43,599 nucleotides of DNA from Salegentibacter sp. (GTDB lineage Bacteria > Bacteroidota > Bacteroidia > Flavobacteriales > Flavobacteriaceae). Of the stretch, positions 1 through 9,011 are shown piece by piece; the stretch's first letter is position 1, and every line of letters begins with the position of its first letter. Where the stretch lies: contig JBAWAB010000142.1 in assembly GCA_049589035.1 (NCBI GenBank), positions 1 through 43,599 of the forward strand, read 5' to 3'. The notes beneath the pieces were generated by a model that saw only the letters and a program-made list of their open reading frames with translations, ran no database searches and was not told where the DNA came from. The position numbers and the translations under genes were made by a program.

Positions 1-2
1 AC

Positions 3-380
3 CTGAAAGATGAACTTTACCAAAGGCAACTGGCATTTCCCGACCAGCTGGAGAAACAGGAGATCGCCAACTGCAATTCGCTGCTGGCCATCGACGAATT
101 GTACACCAGCAAAGCACATGGCTACAAAAGTGCGCAGTACTACTATGAAATGTGCAGCTGCCTTCAGTTTTTGCCCAATATCAGGATTCCAAGCCTGATA
201 ATAAACGCTGAAAATGACTCCTTTTTGTCGGCTAATTCCTATCCTGTTGAGATTGCAGAAAAGTCTCAGCATCTTCACCTCGAGATTCCCAAACACGGCG
301 GCCACGTAGGCTTCATTCGCCGCAATAAAAGCTATTACCACGAAGAAAGGGCGCTGGAATTTATTGAAAGCCGGATGTAG
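3..380 (+). CDS. YheT-like alpha/beta hydrolase, C-terminal part (5'-truncated by window edge)
   Basis: The frame of ORF 99..380 is open back to position 3; motifs IPSLIINAENDSFL (catalytic Asp) and GGHVGF (catalytic His). Confidence 0.85.
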   Translation: MKDELYQRQLAFPDQLEKQEIANCNSLLAIDELYTSKAHGYKSAQYYYEMCSCLQFLPNIRIPSLIINAENDSFLSANSYPVEIAEKSQHLHLEIPKHGGHVGFIRRNKSYYHEERALEFIESRM

Positions 381-497
381 AAATTCAACTTTTTGCTCTT
401 GCTACCATTCCTCCGGCAGATATTAAAACCGGGTTAAAAAATCTCCAATAGAGACAGATGTTACTTCTTCCATTTAAATTAGCTTTAAAAGGAGCAA

Positions 498-1343
498 ATG
501 AAGAACAATTCCAAGACGGGTAAGATCGCCAAAGTTCGTTCAGCCGGGTTTTTCACCAAGGGGCTCGTGTATTTCCTGATCGGGGCATTAACTTTTATGG
601 CTGCCCTGGGTTTAGGCGGCGACATTTCCAGTAAGGACGGGGTGATTAGTTTTTTGCTGCAGCTTCCCCTTGGAAAGATCCTGGTGGGCATTGTAGCGCT
701 GGGATTATTTGCCTATTCCCTGTGGAGGCTCTATCAGATCTTCAGAGAACCCATTGACCAGAACGGGAAAACCAAAGAGAATTTCAGAAAAGGTTTTAAG
801 AAATTCCGTTACTTCTACTCAGGGATCCTGTATGCTTTTATCGCCTACTCCTTTGCCAAACCCTTGATTCAAAGTTTTGCAAAACAAGCTCAAAGCAGCG
901 GAGGCTCCGGTGACAACGAAACCCAAAAAGCTGCATTGGGCGAACTACTTTCACACAGTTGGGGGCCTGCCCTCATTTGGATTGCCGCTATTATTGTTGC
1001 CGGGCAGGCTTTGAGGCAATTCTACCTAGCCTATACCGCGCAATTCATGAAAAAGATAGATAATTATCCCAATATTAAACATGAATACGACCTGATAAGA
1101 AATGCAGGACGAATAGGTTATTCCGCCCGCGGTGTGGTGTTTGGCGTCTTGTCTTTTTTCCTGGTAAAGGTGATCCTGCAGCACAATGCCAATGCCTATA
1201 AAGGAACTGAGGGCGCCCTACAGTACCTCCTGAGCTACTCCTATGGCTCCTTTTTGTTGGCGGCTGTAGCGCTGGGACTAATAGGATACGGAATTTTCAA
1301 TATGATGGTGGCGCGCCACGCCAACTTCACTACCTTAAATTAA
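498..1343 (+). CDS. DUF1206 domain membrane protein
   Basis: Repeated motifs (RSAGFFTKGLVY / RIGYSARGVVF; LVGIVALGLFAY / LLAAVALGLIGY), several TM helices. Confidence 0.8.
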   Translation: MKNNSKTGKIAKVRSAGFFTKGLVYFLIGALTFMAALGLGGDISSKDGVISFLLQLPLGKILVGIVALGLFAYSLWRLYQIFREPIDQNGKTKENFRKGFKKFRYFYSGILYAFIAYSFAKPLIQSFAKQAQSSGGSGDNETQKAALGELLSHSWGPALIWIAAIIVAGQALRQFYLAYTAQFMKKIDNYPNIKHEYDLIRNAGRIGYSARGVVFGVLSFFLVKVILQHNANAYKGTEGALQYLLSYSYGSFLLAAVALGLIGYGIFNMMVARHANFTTLN

Positions 1344-1475
1344 TCCTTATTGGCTGTTCTCTTCGGAAAATCGCTAAGCCTTTATCTCAATATTTACGTA
1401 AATTTCCATGTGACTTAGCTCTTGCCGTGTCAACAAAATAGGCATCCCCTCGCTTTGCACTGCTGCAGAAATGCT

Positions 1476-1483
1476 TATCTTTG
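1476..1483 (+). promoter_or_regulatory. Bacteroidota primary-sigma -7 element (TATCTTTG) for yicC-gmk-nadD
   Basis: Exact TAnnTTTG match 22 nt before the ATG at 1506. Confidence 0.7.
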
Positions 1484-1505
1484 CGCAATCCTTTAAAAAT
1501 CAAGC

Positions 1506-2363
1506 ATGATTCAATCCATGACCGGCTTTGGGAAGAGCGTATCGCAACTTCCTTCGAAAAAGATCACTGTCGAGATCAAATCCCTTAACAGCAAAAATTT
1601 CGACCTGAATGCCCGAATTCCTTCACAGTACCGGGAAAAAGAACTTCAGCTGCGCAACATGATCTCACGCGAACTTACCCGCGGAAAAGTCGATTTTTCC
1701 CTTTTTGTAGAAATCACCGGCGAGGAAACTACAGCTTCAGTCAATCCGGCAGTAGTGAAAAAATATATTCAGCAGTTAAGAGAGATCGTTGATGGTAATG
1801 AAACCGAACTGCTAAAAATGGCCGTAAGAATGCCTGATGCGATGAAAACGGAACGGGAAGAGATCGACGAGACCGAATTCCAGGCAATTACGGAGTCGGT
1901 AGTAGAAGCATTAGTAGAAATCAACAATTTCAGGACTACCGAAGGAGAAGCGCTTGAAAAAGATCTTCAGCTAAGGGTTTCCAATATTAAGAATCTGTTG
2001 AAAGAAGTGATTAGAATTGATCCTGACAGGATCGACGCGGTTCGCGAGCGCCTTCGGAAGGGAATAGAAGACATCAAAGAGAATGTCGATGAAAATCGTT
2101 TTGAACAGGAACTGGTTTATTACATCGAAAAATTCGACATCACCGAAGAAAAGGTGAGGCTCGAAAACCACCTGGATTATTTCAGCGAAAACATTAACAG
2201 TGATGACTCCAACGGAAGAAAGCTGGCTTTTATCTCCCAGGAAATGGGTCGTGAGATCAACACCATTGGAAGTAAATCCAATTACGCGCCCATGCAGCAG
2301 GTGGTGGTGCAAATGAAGGATGAACTGGAAAAAATAAAAGAGCAACTCTTAAACGTACTTTAA
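1506..2363 (+). CDS. yicC: YicC/YloC family endoribonuclease
   Basis: N-terminal MIQSMTGFG; C-terminal GRKLAFISQEMGREINTIGSK; directly upstream of gmk. Confidence 0.93.
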   Translation: MIQSMTGFGKSVSQLPSKKITVEIKSLNSKNFDLNARIPSQYREKELQLRNMISRELTRGKVDFSLFVEITGEETTASVNPAVVKKYIQQLREIVDGNETELLKMAVRMPDAMKTEREEIDETEFQAITESVVEALVEINNFRTTEGEALEKDLQLRVSNIKNLLKEVIRIDPDRIDAVRERLRKGIEDIKENVDENRFEQELVYYIEKFDITEEKVRLENHLDYFSENINSDDSNGRKLAFISQEMGREINTIGSKSNYAPMQQVVVQMKDELEKIKEQLLNVL

Positions 2364-2954
2364 ATGAACGACGGCAAACTTATCGTCTTCTCGGCGCCTT
2401 CAGGCTCGGGAAAAACCACGATAGTGCAGCATCTATTAAAGCAACAGGAACTCAACCTGGAATTTTCTATTTCGGCGACCTCCCGCGAGCCCAGGGGAAA
2501 TGAAGTGGACGGGAAGGATTATTACTTCCTGAGCCTGGCCGATTTCAAAAAGAAGATCAAGAACGACGAGTTTTTGGAGTGGGAAGAAGTTTACCGCGAT
2601 AATTTCTACGGAACCCTGAAGAGTGAAATCGAGCGTATCTGGTCGCATGGCAAACACGTGATTTTTGACATTGACGTGGTAGGCGGTCTGGACATCAAGA
2701 ATATTTATCCCGATCATACACTGGCGGTATTTGTGAAACCGCCGAGTATTGAAGAACTCAAGATCCGCCTGAAAAAGCGCAAAACCGAAACTCCCGATAA
2801 GATCAATATGCGGGTAGCGAAGGCCTCTATCGAGTTGGCCACAGCGCCGCAATTCGACTTCATTATTGAGAACAACAACCTTGAAGTTGCGCTTAAAGAA
2901 AGCTACGATCTCGTAGCTTCTTATGTGGGGGTAAAAAAAACCGGGAATGAGTAA
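2364..2954 (+). CDS. gmk: Guanylate kinase
   Basis: P-loop SAPSGSGKTT; SISATSREPRGNEVDGKDYYF; DIDVVG. Confidence 0.97.
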   Translation: MNDGKLIVFSAPSGSGKTTIVQHLLKQQELNLEFSISATSREPRGNEVDGKDYYFLSLADFKKKIKNDEFLEWEEVYRDNFYGTLKSEIERIWSHGKHVIFDIDVVGGLDIKNIYPDHTLAVFVKPPSIEELKIRLKKRKTETPDKINMRVAKASIELATAPQFDFIIENNNLEVALKESYDLVASYVGVKKTGNE

Positions 2955-3534
2955 AAAGAAAATCGGACTCTTTTTCGGCACTTTTAACCCAATTCATATC
3001 GGGCATCTCATCATCGCCAACCACATGGCAGAATTTTCTGACCTGAATGAGATCTGGCTGGTAGTTACACCTCATAATCCGCATAAGAAAAAGAGCAGCC
3101 TTCTTGAAAATCACCATCGCCTGGAAATGGTCTATAAGGCCTGTGAAGAATACGATAAGCTGAAACCCAGCAATATCGAATTCAACCTGCCGCAGCCCAA
3201 TTATACGGTAAATACGCTGGCATATCTTCAGGAAAAATATCCCGATCAGGAATTTTGCCTCATTATGGGAGAGGACAACCTGAAAAGCTTCCACAAATGG
3301 AAGAATTTCGAGGTGATCATTCAGAATCACCAATTGTATGTATATCCGCGCATCTCCGGCGGAACGGTAGAGAACCAATTTAAGGAGCACCCAAAGATCA
3401 CGAGGGTTGCTGCGCCAAGAATGGAGATCTCGGCCACTTTTATCAGGAAATCCATTAAGGAAGGCAAGAACATCAAGCCGCTGCTTCCGCCACAAGTGTG
3501 GGAATATGCCGATCTGATGAATTTCTACAAGTAA
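2947..3534 (+). CDS. nadD: Nicotinate-nucleotide adenylyltransferase
   Basis: FGTFNPIHIGH (HxGH), IMGEDN, ISATFIR motifs. Confidence 0.96.
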   Translation: MSKKKIGLFFGTFNPIHIGHLIIANHMAEFSDLNEIWLVVTPHNPHKKKSSLLENHHRLEMVYKACEEYDKLKPSNIEFNLPQPNYTVNTLAYLQEKYPDQEFCLIMGEDNLKSFHKWKNFEVIIQNHQLYVYPRISGGTVENQFKEHPKITRVAAPRMEISATFIRKSIKEGKNIKPLLPPQVWEYADLMNFYK

Positions 3535-3548
3535 GGATTGAATAAAAA

Positions 3549-3682
3549 AGAGACTGTTTGAAAATCTGTTTTTGAGCGCTCAATTTTAGCTGATTGAACC
3601 TGCTTTTTTCATTGCGGAACTACAAGCTATGGAACGTCGACTGCCCTCAATGTAGCTCTCTCAAAATTTTTAAACAGTCTCT
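3549..3682. mobile_element. Putative MITE / non-autonomous element, 134 bp
   Basis: 17-bp terminal inverted repeats with one mismatch: agagactgtttgaaaat (3549-3565) and atttttaaacagtctct (3666-3682). Confidence 0.6.
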
Positions 3683-4197
3683 GATTTCTGGTTTTTCCGA
3701 GTTTCAGCCGGCGGAATTCGCAGTACCTGGCCCGGATATATCTTTTTAGGATCTTTCAACATAGGTTTGTTGGCTTCAAAGATCAGCATGTATTTCTTTG
3801 GATCGCCATAGTGTTCTTCGGCTATTTTCTCGAGGTTATCGCCAATTTCTACGGTGTGAAAAACCGCTTCGGGCTCGCAATTCTCCACGTCCATCTGGTC
3901 ATCAACCTGGCGTATGCCTTCGGTATTGCCCACTACAAGCACCACTTTTTCACGTGTCGCCTGGTCTGAAGCTTCTCCCGAGACCGTGGCCATATCTTCT
4001 TCAATCTTCACCTTAAGGTTATCGATATCGAGTTTATGCTCCCTTATCTTTTCTTCCAGCTTTCGGGCAGCCTTTTCATTTTCCTTTCTCTCCAGTGCCC
4101 GGCTCTCTTCGGTTCTTTCGGCAGTCTCTTCGGCCTTTGATTTTCCTATTCCAAATACTTTATTTCCGGCCTCTTTGATAAACGAAAAAATACCCAT
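3670..4197 (-). CDS. BON + LysM domain protein (Kbp/YgaU-like)
   Basis: MGIFSFIKEAG N-terminus, BON domain, LysM ending IFEANKPMLKDPKKIYPGQVLRIP. Confidence 0.9.
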   Translation of the reverse strand: MGIFSFIKEAGNKVFGIGKSKAEETAERTEESRALERKENEKAARKLEEKIREHKLDIDNLKVKIEEDMATVSGEASDQATREKVVLVVGNTEGIRQVDDQMDVENCEPEAVFHTVEIGDNLEKIAEEHYGDPKKYMLIFEANKPMLKDPKKIYPGQVLRIPPAETRKNQKSETV

Positions 4198-4289
4198 TCG
4201 TGGCTTTAATTTTTTATGCTGAAGTAAGATACGAAAGCCTTGCAGTTTGTCAAACAGCCAACTCCTAAATTTTTGTTAGTTTTTAACTG

Positions 4290-4327
4290 AAAAAAAGCCG
4301 ACCCCGGTTTTCTCCGGAGGCGGCTTT
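4290..4327 (-). terminator. Rho-independent terminator
   Basis: Minus strand aaagccgcctccggagaaaaccggggtcggcttttttt. Confidence 0.7.
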
Positions 4328-4392
4328 CAAACTAAATAACCAACCAAAAAACAAAGAAAATTCACCTTTCCAGCTTATCGCGGAAAGTGTAT
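4290..4392 (-). ncRNA. Candidate small RNA (5' hairpin, U/G-rich linker, intrinsic terminator)
   Basis: No ORF; hairpin 4363-4389; GC hairpin 4294-4327 followed by a U-run on the minus strand. Confidence 0.45.
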
Positions 4393-4548
4393 ATCTACAA
4401 CGCCACTTTCGGGTTTAAGATTGTTCTTTTCCACATTCTTTTGTGTTAAAGTTTGAGAACCTGCCTGTTACGAATATTTCAATATTAGGCGGTAAAAATT
4501 GTCTTTCATCGCAAATCCTTATTATTTTGCTTATTTTTGGGAATATAA

Positions 4549-5553
4549 ATGAAATGTATGGAGACATCACCTAAGTTCGCCGTAATAGGTGGCGGAAGTT
4601 GGGCAACCGCGATCGTGAAAATGTTGAGTGAAAACGTCGATACCGTGCACTGGTATATGAGAAGCGTTTACGCGATCGAACATATAAAGCAGCAGGAACA
4701 CAACCCGAATTATCTGAGTTCTGTAGAATTTGATACCCGACAACTTGACCTGAGCAACGACATCAACCACACCATAGAAGCGGCAGATTATCTAATATTC
4801 GCCATTCCGTCGGTTTTTCTGAAGCGCGAACTCGATATGCTCCAGACCTCTCTGGATGGCAAGGTGATCTTTTCAGCAATCAAAGGCATTGTTCCCGAGA
4901 GCAGCCTTATCGTGGGAGAACATTTCAACCAGTTTTACAATATCCCGATGGAAAACATCGGGGTGATCACAGGTCCTTGTCACGCTGAAGAAGTGGCCCT
5001 CGAAAGACTTTCCTATCTTACCATCGCCTGTTCCGATGAAGAAAAGGCCAAAACCCTGGCCAATCACCTTAGCAGCGACTATATTAAATGCAAGATCAGT
5101 GACGATGTTACAGGTACCGAATATGCCGCGATGCTGAAAAACATATACGCTATTGCTGCAGGCATTGCTCATGGCCTTGGCTACGGTGACAACTTTCAGA
5201 GTGTATTGATGAGCAACGGCATTCGAGAGATGAAGAAATTCATCAAGAAAGTGCACAAGATGAAGCGGAATATTAACGATTCTGCTTACCTCGGAGATCT
5301 ACTCGTTACCGGCTATTCTATCTTCAGCCGAAACCGGATGTTCGGGAATATGATCGGGAAAGGCTATACGGTAAAGAGCGCGCAAATGGAAATGAGCATG
5401 ATCGCCGAAGGTTATTATGCTACTGAAAGCGCCTATAAGATCAACCAGGAAAAAGGTGCAAAAACACCAATTATTGACGCGGTTTATTCCATTCTTTACG
5501 ATGGAAAAAACCCGAAGAAGGTAATGAAGAAACTCGCCGATAAGATGAATTAA
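4549..5553 (+). CDS. gpsA: NAD(P)H-dependent glycerol-3-phosphate dehydrogenase (start may be 4558)
   Basis: GGGSWATA, AIKG, GPCHAEEV, LKNIYAIAAG, GDLLVT..SRN motifs. Confidence 0.95.
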   Translation: MKCMETSPKFAVIGGGSWATAIVKMLSENVDTVHWYMRSVYAIEHIKQQEHNPNYLSSVEFDTRQLDLSNDINHTIEAADYLIFAIPSVFLKRELDMLQTSLDGKVIFSAIKGIVPESSLIVGEHFNQFYNIPMENIGVITGPCHAEEVALERLSYLTIACSDEEKAKTLANHLSSDYIKCKISDDVTGTEYAAMLKNIYAIAAGIAHGLGYGDNFQSVLMSNGIREMKKFIKKVHKMKRNINDSAYLGDLLVTGYSIFSRNRMFGNMIGKGYTVKSAQMEMSMIAEGYYATESAYKINQEKGAKTPIIDAVYSILYDGKNPKKVMKKLADKMN

Positions 5554-5562
5554 AGGCTGGCG

Positions 5563-5958
5563 CTACTTTAGCAGCACTCCTTTTTTCTGCATTACCGGTA
5601 ATTCCCGAAGAGCATTGCTATTAATAGTGTTTTTCCGGAAGAGGAATTTCTTTTCGTACATTTTGCCGCCGGCAAAAAAAGTAACCCAAAATTCGTTATT
5701 CAGGGCCAGTACCTCATCCTGCAGATATTCGATTTTAGCAAAAGATTGCGGTGGCAGCTTTTCGAGTCTATGCCGCATAATTGAGGTCTGCTTTTCACCT
5801 TCAAAGCCCCGGGTTACGATAAGCACTGTCTCCAGGTCTTCTTCCCGCTCATTAATGATGTAGGCATTCCACTCCTGTGCCCCGAATTCTTTATTGAATT
5901 CCTTTACCGCAGCTATATAGACCTTTTCAACTTCAGGTATTTCAATATCCTTCTTCAC
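5563..5958 (-). CDS. Hypothetical protein
   Basis: 131-aa ORF with GTG start, globular composition, packed in the pheS-strand cluster. Confidence 0.75.
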   Translation of the reverse strand: MKKDIEIPEVEKVYIAAVKEFNKEFGAQEWNAYIINEREEDLETVLIVTRGFEGEKQTSIMRHRLEKLPPQSFAKIEYLQDEVLALNNEFWVTFFAGGKMYEKKFLFRKNTINSNALRELPVMQKKGVLLK

Positions 5959-5967
5959 TAAAAAAGA

Positions 5968-6153
5968 TTATTCTGGTTCGTCTTCAAAAGTTTCCTCCCA
6001 TTTGTGTTTGATCCTGGACCACAGGAACCACAAAAGAGCCGCAGCTATAACAAGGATGATGAGGCCAATAGTGATCTTCACCACTGCGATCATCAGGTAA
6101 ATTACTACCCCCAAGACCACTAAAGTCAGAATAAAAAAAGCTGTTTTATGCAT
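5968..6153 (-). CDS. Small two-helix membrane protein
   Basis: 61 aa, long hydrophobic stretch with acidic tail; fills the gap after pheS. Confidence 0.65.
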   Translation of the reverse strand: MHKTAFFILTLVVLGVVIYLMIAVVKITIGLIILVIAAALLWFLWSRIKHKWEETFEDEPE

Positions 6154-6196
6154 AAGATCAGTTTTTTAGTATAAGAGATCAGGGGGCAGGTTTAAG

Positions 6197-7216
6197 TTAT
6201 AAAGCAGACTTAAACTGTTCCAGGAAACGCACGTCGTTTTCATAGAACATGCGAATGTCCCCAATCTGGTAAAGCAGCATGGCAATGCGTTCTATTCCCA
6301 TTCCAAAGGCAAAGCCGGAATATTCGGTAGGATCAATTCCGCAGTTTTTAAGCACGTTGGGATCTACCATTCCGCAGCCCATAATTTCCAACCAGCCGGT
6401 TCCCTTTGTAATTCGGTAATCGGTTTCGGTTTCCAGGCCCCAGTAAATATCAACTTCGGCACTCGGTTCGGTAAACGGGAAATAAGAAGGGCGCAACCTG
6501 ATCTTCGATTTTCCGAAGAGCTGCTTTGTAAAATACAATAAAGTTTGCTTTAAATCGGCAAAGGACACCTCTTTGTCAATGTACAGCCCTTCCACCTGGT
6601 GAAAGATACAGTGTGAGCGCGCCGAAATCGCTTCATTTCTGAAAACCCTTCCGGGCGAAATTGTACGAATTGGCGGCTTGTTATTTTCCATGTAGCGAAC
6701 CTGCACAGAAGAGGTATGGGTACGCAGCAGAATATCGGGATTGGTCTGAATAAAGAAAGTGTCCTGCATATCACGTGCGGGATGATATTCGGGAAGGTTA
6801 AGCGCGGTAAAGTTGTGCCAGTCGTCCTCAATTTCTGGACCTTCGGAAACGTTGAAACCAATATTCGAGAAAATCTCGATGATCTGGTTCTTAACGATCG
6901 AAATTGGATGTCTTGCACCTATCTCTACCGGCTCTCCGGGTCGGGAGAGGTCACCGTACACTCCTTTTTCTTCCTGTTTGCTTTCCAGCTCTTCCCTGAG
7001 CTCATTTACTTTATCTTCAGCAGCTTTCTTCAGGGTATTTACGGCCTGCCCGAAATCTTTTTTCTGCTCATTCGGAACATTTTTGAACTCGGCGAAAAAC
7101 TCGTTGAGAATTCCTTTTTTGCCAAGATATTTAATCCTGAAAGCTTCAATTCCTTCTTTAGTTTCAGCTTTAAAAGATTCAGCTTCAGCAATATGTTCCT
7201 TTATTTTATCGATCAT
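6197..7216 (-). CDS. pheS: Phenylalanine-tRNA ligase alpha subunit
   Basis: [40 protein letters not shown]. Confidence 0.99.
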   Translation of the reverse strand: MIDKIKEHIAEAESFKAETKEGIEAFRIKYLGKKGILNEFFAEFKNVPNEQKKDFGQAVNTLKKAAEDKVNELREELESKQEEKGVYGDLSRPGEPVEIGARHPISIVKNQIIEIFSNIGFNVSEGPEIEDDWHNFTALNLPEYHPARDMQDTFFIQTNPDILLRTHTSSVQVRYMENNKPPIRTISPGRVFRNEAISARSHCIFHQVEGLYIDKEVSFADLKQTLLYFTKQLFGKSKIRLRPSYFPFTEPSAEVDIYWGLETETDYRITKGTGWLEIMGCGMVDPNVLKNCGIDPTEYSGFAFGMGIERIAMLLYQIGDIRMFYENDVRFLEQFKSAL

Positions 7217-7240
7217 GAGATGCTATACTTTTCAGAAGGG

Positions 7241-7248
7241 CAAATTTA
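7241..7248 (-). promoter_or_regulatory. -7 element (TAAATTTG) for pheS
   Basis: Exact TAnnTTTG on the minus strand, 24 nt upstream of the start. Confidence 0.65.
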
Positions 7249-7255
7249 AAAAAAA

Positions 7256-8014
7256 TTACTCCTTAACCCGTTGGTTCTTCAGATAATTACTTTCAGGCGC
7301 TGAAGCGGAGAAATCTGCAGTCTTCCACTCCTCCCGGGTTTCTGCTTCCTTGTCCAAATAAATGTACTTGACGAGAAAGAAAACAGCCAGCGCGCCAAAG
7401 CTATGCCATAGCCAGTGAGTGCCCATTGGCAGGAAATACAGGAATCTGTCCAGGGTGCGAAAGGTGATGGCAACTCCAAAACTGCCAAAGGCAAGGAAAA
7501 TATATTTTGAAAAGCGGAAGTGAGTTCTAATTAAATATACCACCAGCGGCAGAAGCAGCCCGAGGGACGTCCCGATGTATTCTGCCGAATTTTCGATCTT
7601 GGGGGACCAGGGCAGAAATTTCGTTCCGAAGATCAGCAATAATACCACCGTGATCATCGCCGCTTTTTTGCGTTTTTTCAGATCTACTTTCAGAATAAAA
7701 TAAATAGAAACCGCAAAGCAAAGCAGCATGATAGGCACCCAGTCGAGATATAGCCAAAAGGGATGGCTTCGCGTGGCATGGTACACCGTACCGCCTATGA
7801 AACCAAGAAAAATGACCGGTAAGCTGAAGGCAAGGAACCGCTGTTGCCGGTAATTACCGTATACCTTCACCGAAAAATAGATCACAATGGCCAGAAACAG
7901 GAAATTGCTGAAGGTATTATAGGGTTCCACGGGGAATCTACCTGCGATGGTTTCCTGGTAAATGGGACCGCTATCATTTGGAAAAGCTGCAAGTGCTAAT
8001 AAAATAAGGTTCAT
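7256..8014 (-). CDS. Ceramidase-like / hemolysin III-like (CREST superfamily) membrane protein
   Basis: About 7 TM helices; EPYNTFSN, GGTVYHAT, LDWVP and HWLWH motifs. Confidence 0.7.
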   Translation of the reverse strand: MNLILLALAAFPNDSGPIYQETIAGRFPVEPYNTFSNFLFLAIVIYFSVKVYGNYRQQRFLAFSLPVIFLGFIGGTVYHATRSHPFWLYLDWVPIMLLCFAVSIYFILKVDLKKRKKAAMITVVLLLIFGTKFLPWSPKIENSAEYIGTSLGLLLPLVVYLIRTHFRFSKYIFLAFGSFGVAITFRTLDRFLYFLPMGTHWLWHSFGALAVFFLVKYIYLDKEAETREEWKTADFSASAPESNYLKNQRVKE

Positions 8015-8030
8015 GGTTAAAGAATATTCG

Positions 8031-8387
8031 CTACGAAATATACTCTTTTTCCAGAAAATATTGCACTATTGCTTCTTTCATCAATACCGTCTGTTCGCCG
8101 GCCTTTAGCTGCGGTAATTGTTCCAGGATCTTGTAGTGTGGCCAACCCTCTTCATCAAAATAATCAAATTCGTAATAGCCGTAGGGTTCCAGCAACCGGC
8201 AAATCGCGATATGCATAAGATCCAGCTTGTGATCTTTCTTGAATTTGCGATGAATCTGCCCCAGTTCCTGAACTCCGATAATATAAATAATAGCATCAAG
8301 GTCCATTAATTCTCCGTCAGCAAATTGGTCGGAAAGCTTCTTTTGAAGGCCTTCCCAACGCGCTCTAAGTTGTTCGTCTTTTGCCAT
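8031..8387 (-). CDS. Hypothetical protein
   Basis: 118-aa ORF with its own TAnnTTTG element 4 nt upstream. Confidence 0.8.
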   Translation of the reverse strand: MAKDEQLRARWEGLQKKLSDQFADGELMDLDAIIYIIGVQELGQIHRKFKKDHKLDLMHIAICRLLEPYGYYEFDYFDEEGWPHYKILEQLPQLKAGEQTVLMKEAIVQYFLEKEYIS

Positions 8388-8391
8388 GCGG

Positions 8392-8429
8392 CAAAGATAA
8401 TATCTTACTTGCTTAAATTAGTATATTTG
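8392..8429. promoter_or_regulatory. Divergent -7 promoter elements
   Basis: TATCTTTG on minus (8392-8399) and TATATTTG on plus (8422-8429). Confidence 0.7.
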
Positions 8430-8433
8430 GAAC

Positions 8434-8973
8434 ATGAATACCGTAGACATCATTCTGGCCCTTATTCTGCTGTACGGCTTCATAAGAGGTTTTATGAGAG
8501 GCTTCCTGGGAGAGGTCGCCTCGCTGATAGGGATCATTGCGGGCATCTTTGGTGCCATCCACTTTTCCTACTTCGCGGGAGAATTCCTGCGCCGCCACCT
8601 CGATTGGGACCCCGAATATGTGTACCTGCTGGCTTTTGCTATTACCTTTCTCGTTATCGTGATCGCCATATCCCTGGTGGGAAAGGTCCTTACTAAAATT
8701 GCCGGACTCGCCGCCCTGGGAATGCTGAACAGAATCTTTGGCGCTTTCTTCGGATTTCTGAAAGTAGCCTTTGTTCTTAGCGTGATCCTCATGTTCTTTA
8801 ATGCCTCCCGCCAGGACTTCGAACTCATTCCAGATAAAACGCTCGAAAATTCTGTCCTCCTTCCTCCTGTTGAAGCCGTTGCACCTGTACTCTTGCCTAC
8901 GATTCTTGACCAGGCCCGGCAGCACGGAATTCTGAAGAAATCGGAAGATCTGGGTATAAAAAAAGAGAGCTGA
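8434..8973 (+). CDS. cvpA: CvpA family (colicin V production) membrane protein
   Basis: DIILALILLYGFIRGFMRGFLGE N-terminus; LNRIFGAFFG motif. Confidence 0.9.
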   Translation: MNTVDIILALILLYGFIRGFMRGFLGEVASLIGIIAGIFGAIHFSYFAGEFLRRHLDWDPEYVYLLAFAITFLVIVIAISLVGKVLTKIAGLAALGMLNRIFGAFFGFLKVAFVLSVILMFFNASRQDFELIPDKTLENSVLLPPVEAVAPVLLPTILDQARQHGILKKSEDLGIKKES

Positions 8974-8989
8974 AACTACAGCCCTCTTT
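8959..8989 (-). terminator. Intrinsic terminator of the sulP-can transcript (possibly bidirectional)
   Basis: Minus strand aaagagggctg-tagttt-cagctctctttttt. Confidence 0.6.
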
Positions 8990-9011
8990 AGTATTACTTC
9001 AGAAAAAATCC

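Noticed and set aside
6197..7216. pheS without adjacent pheT
   Set aside because: Normal arrangement in Bacteroidota
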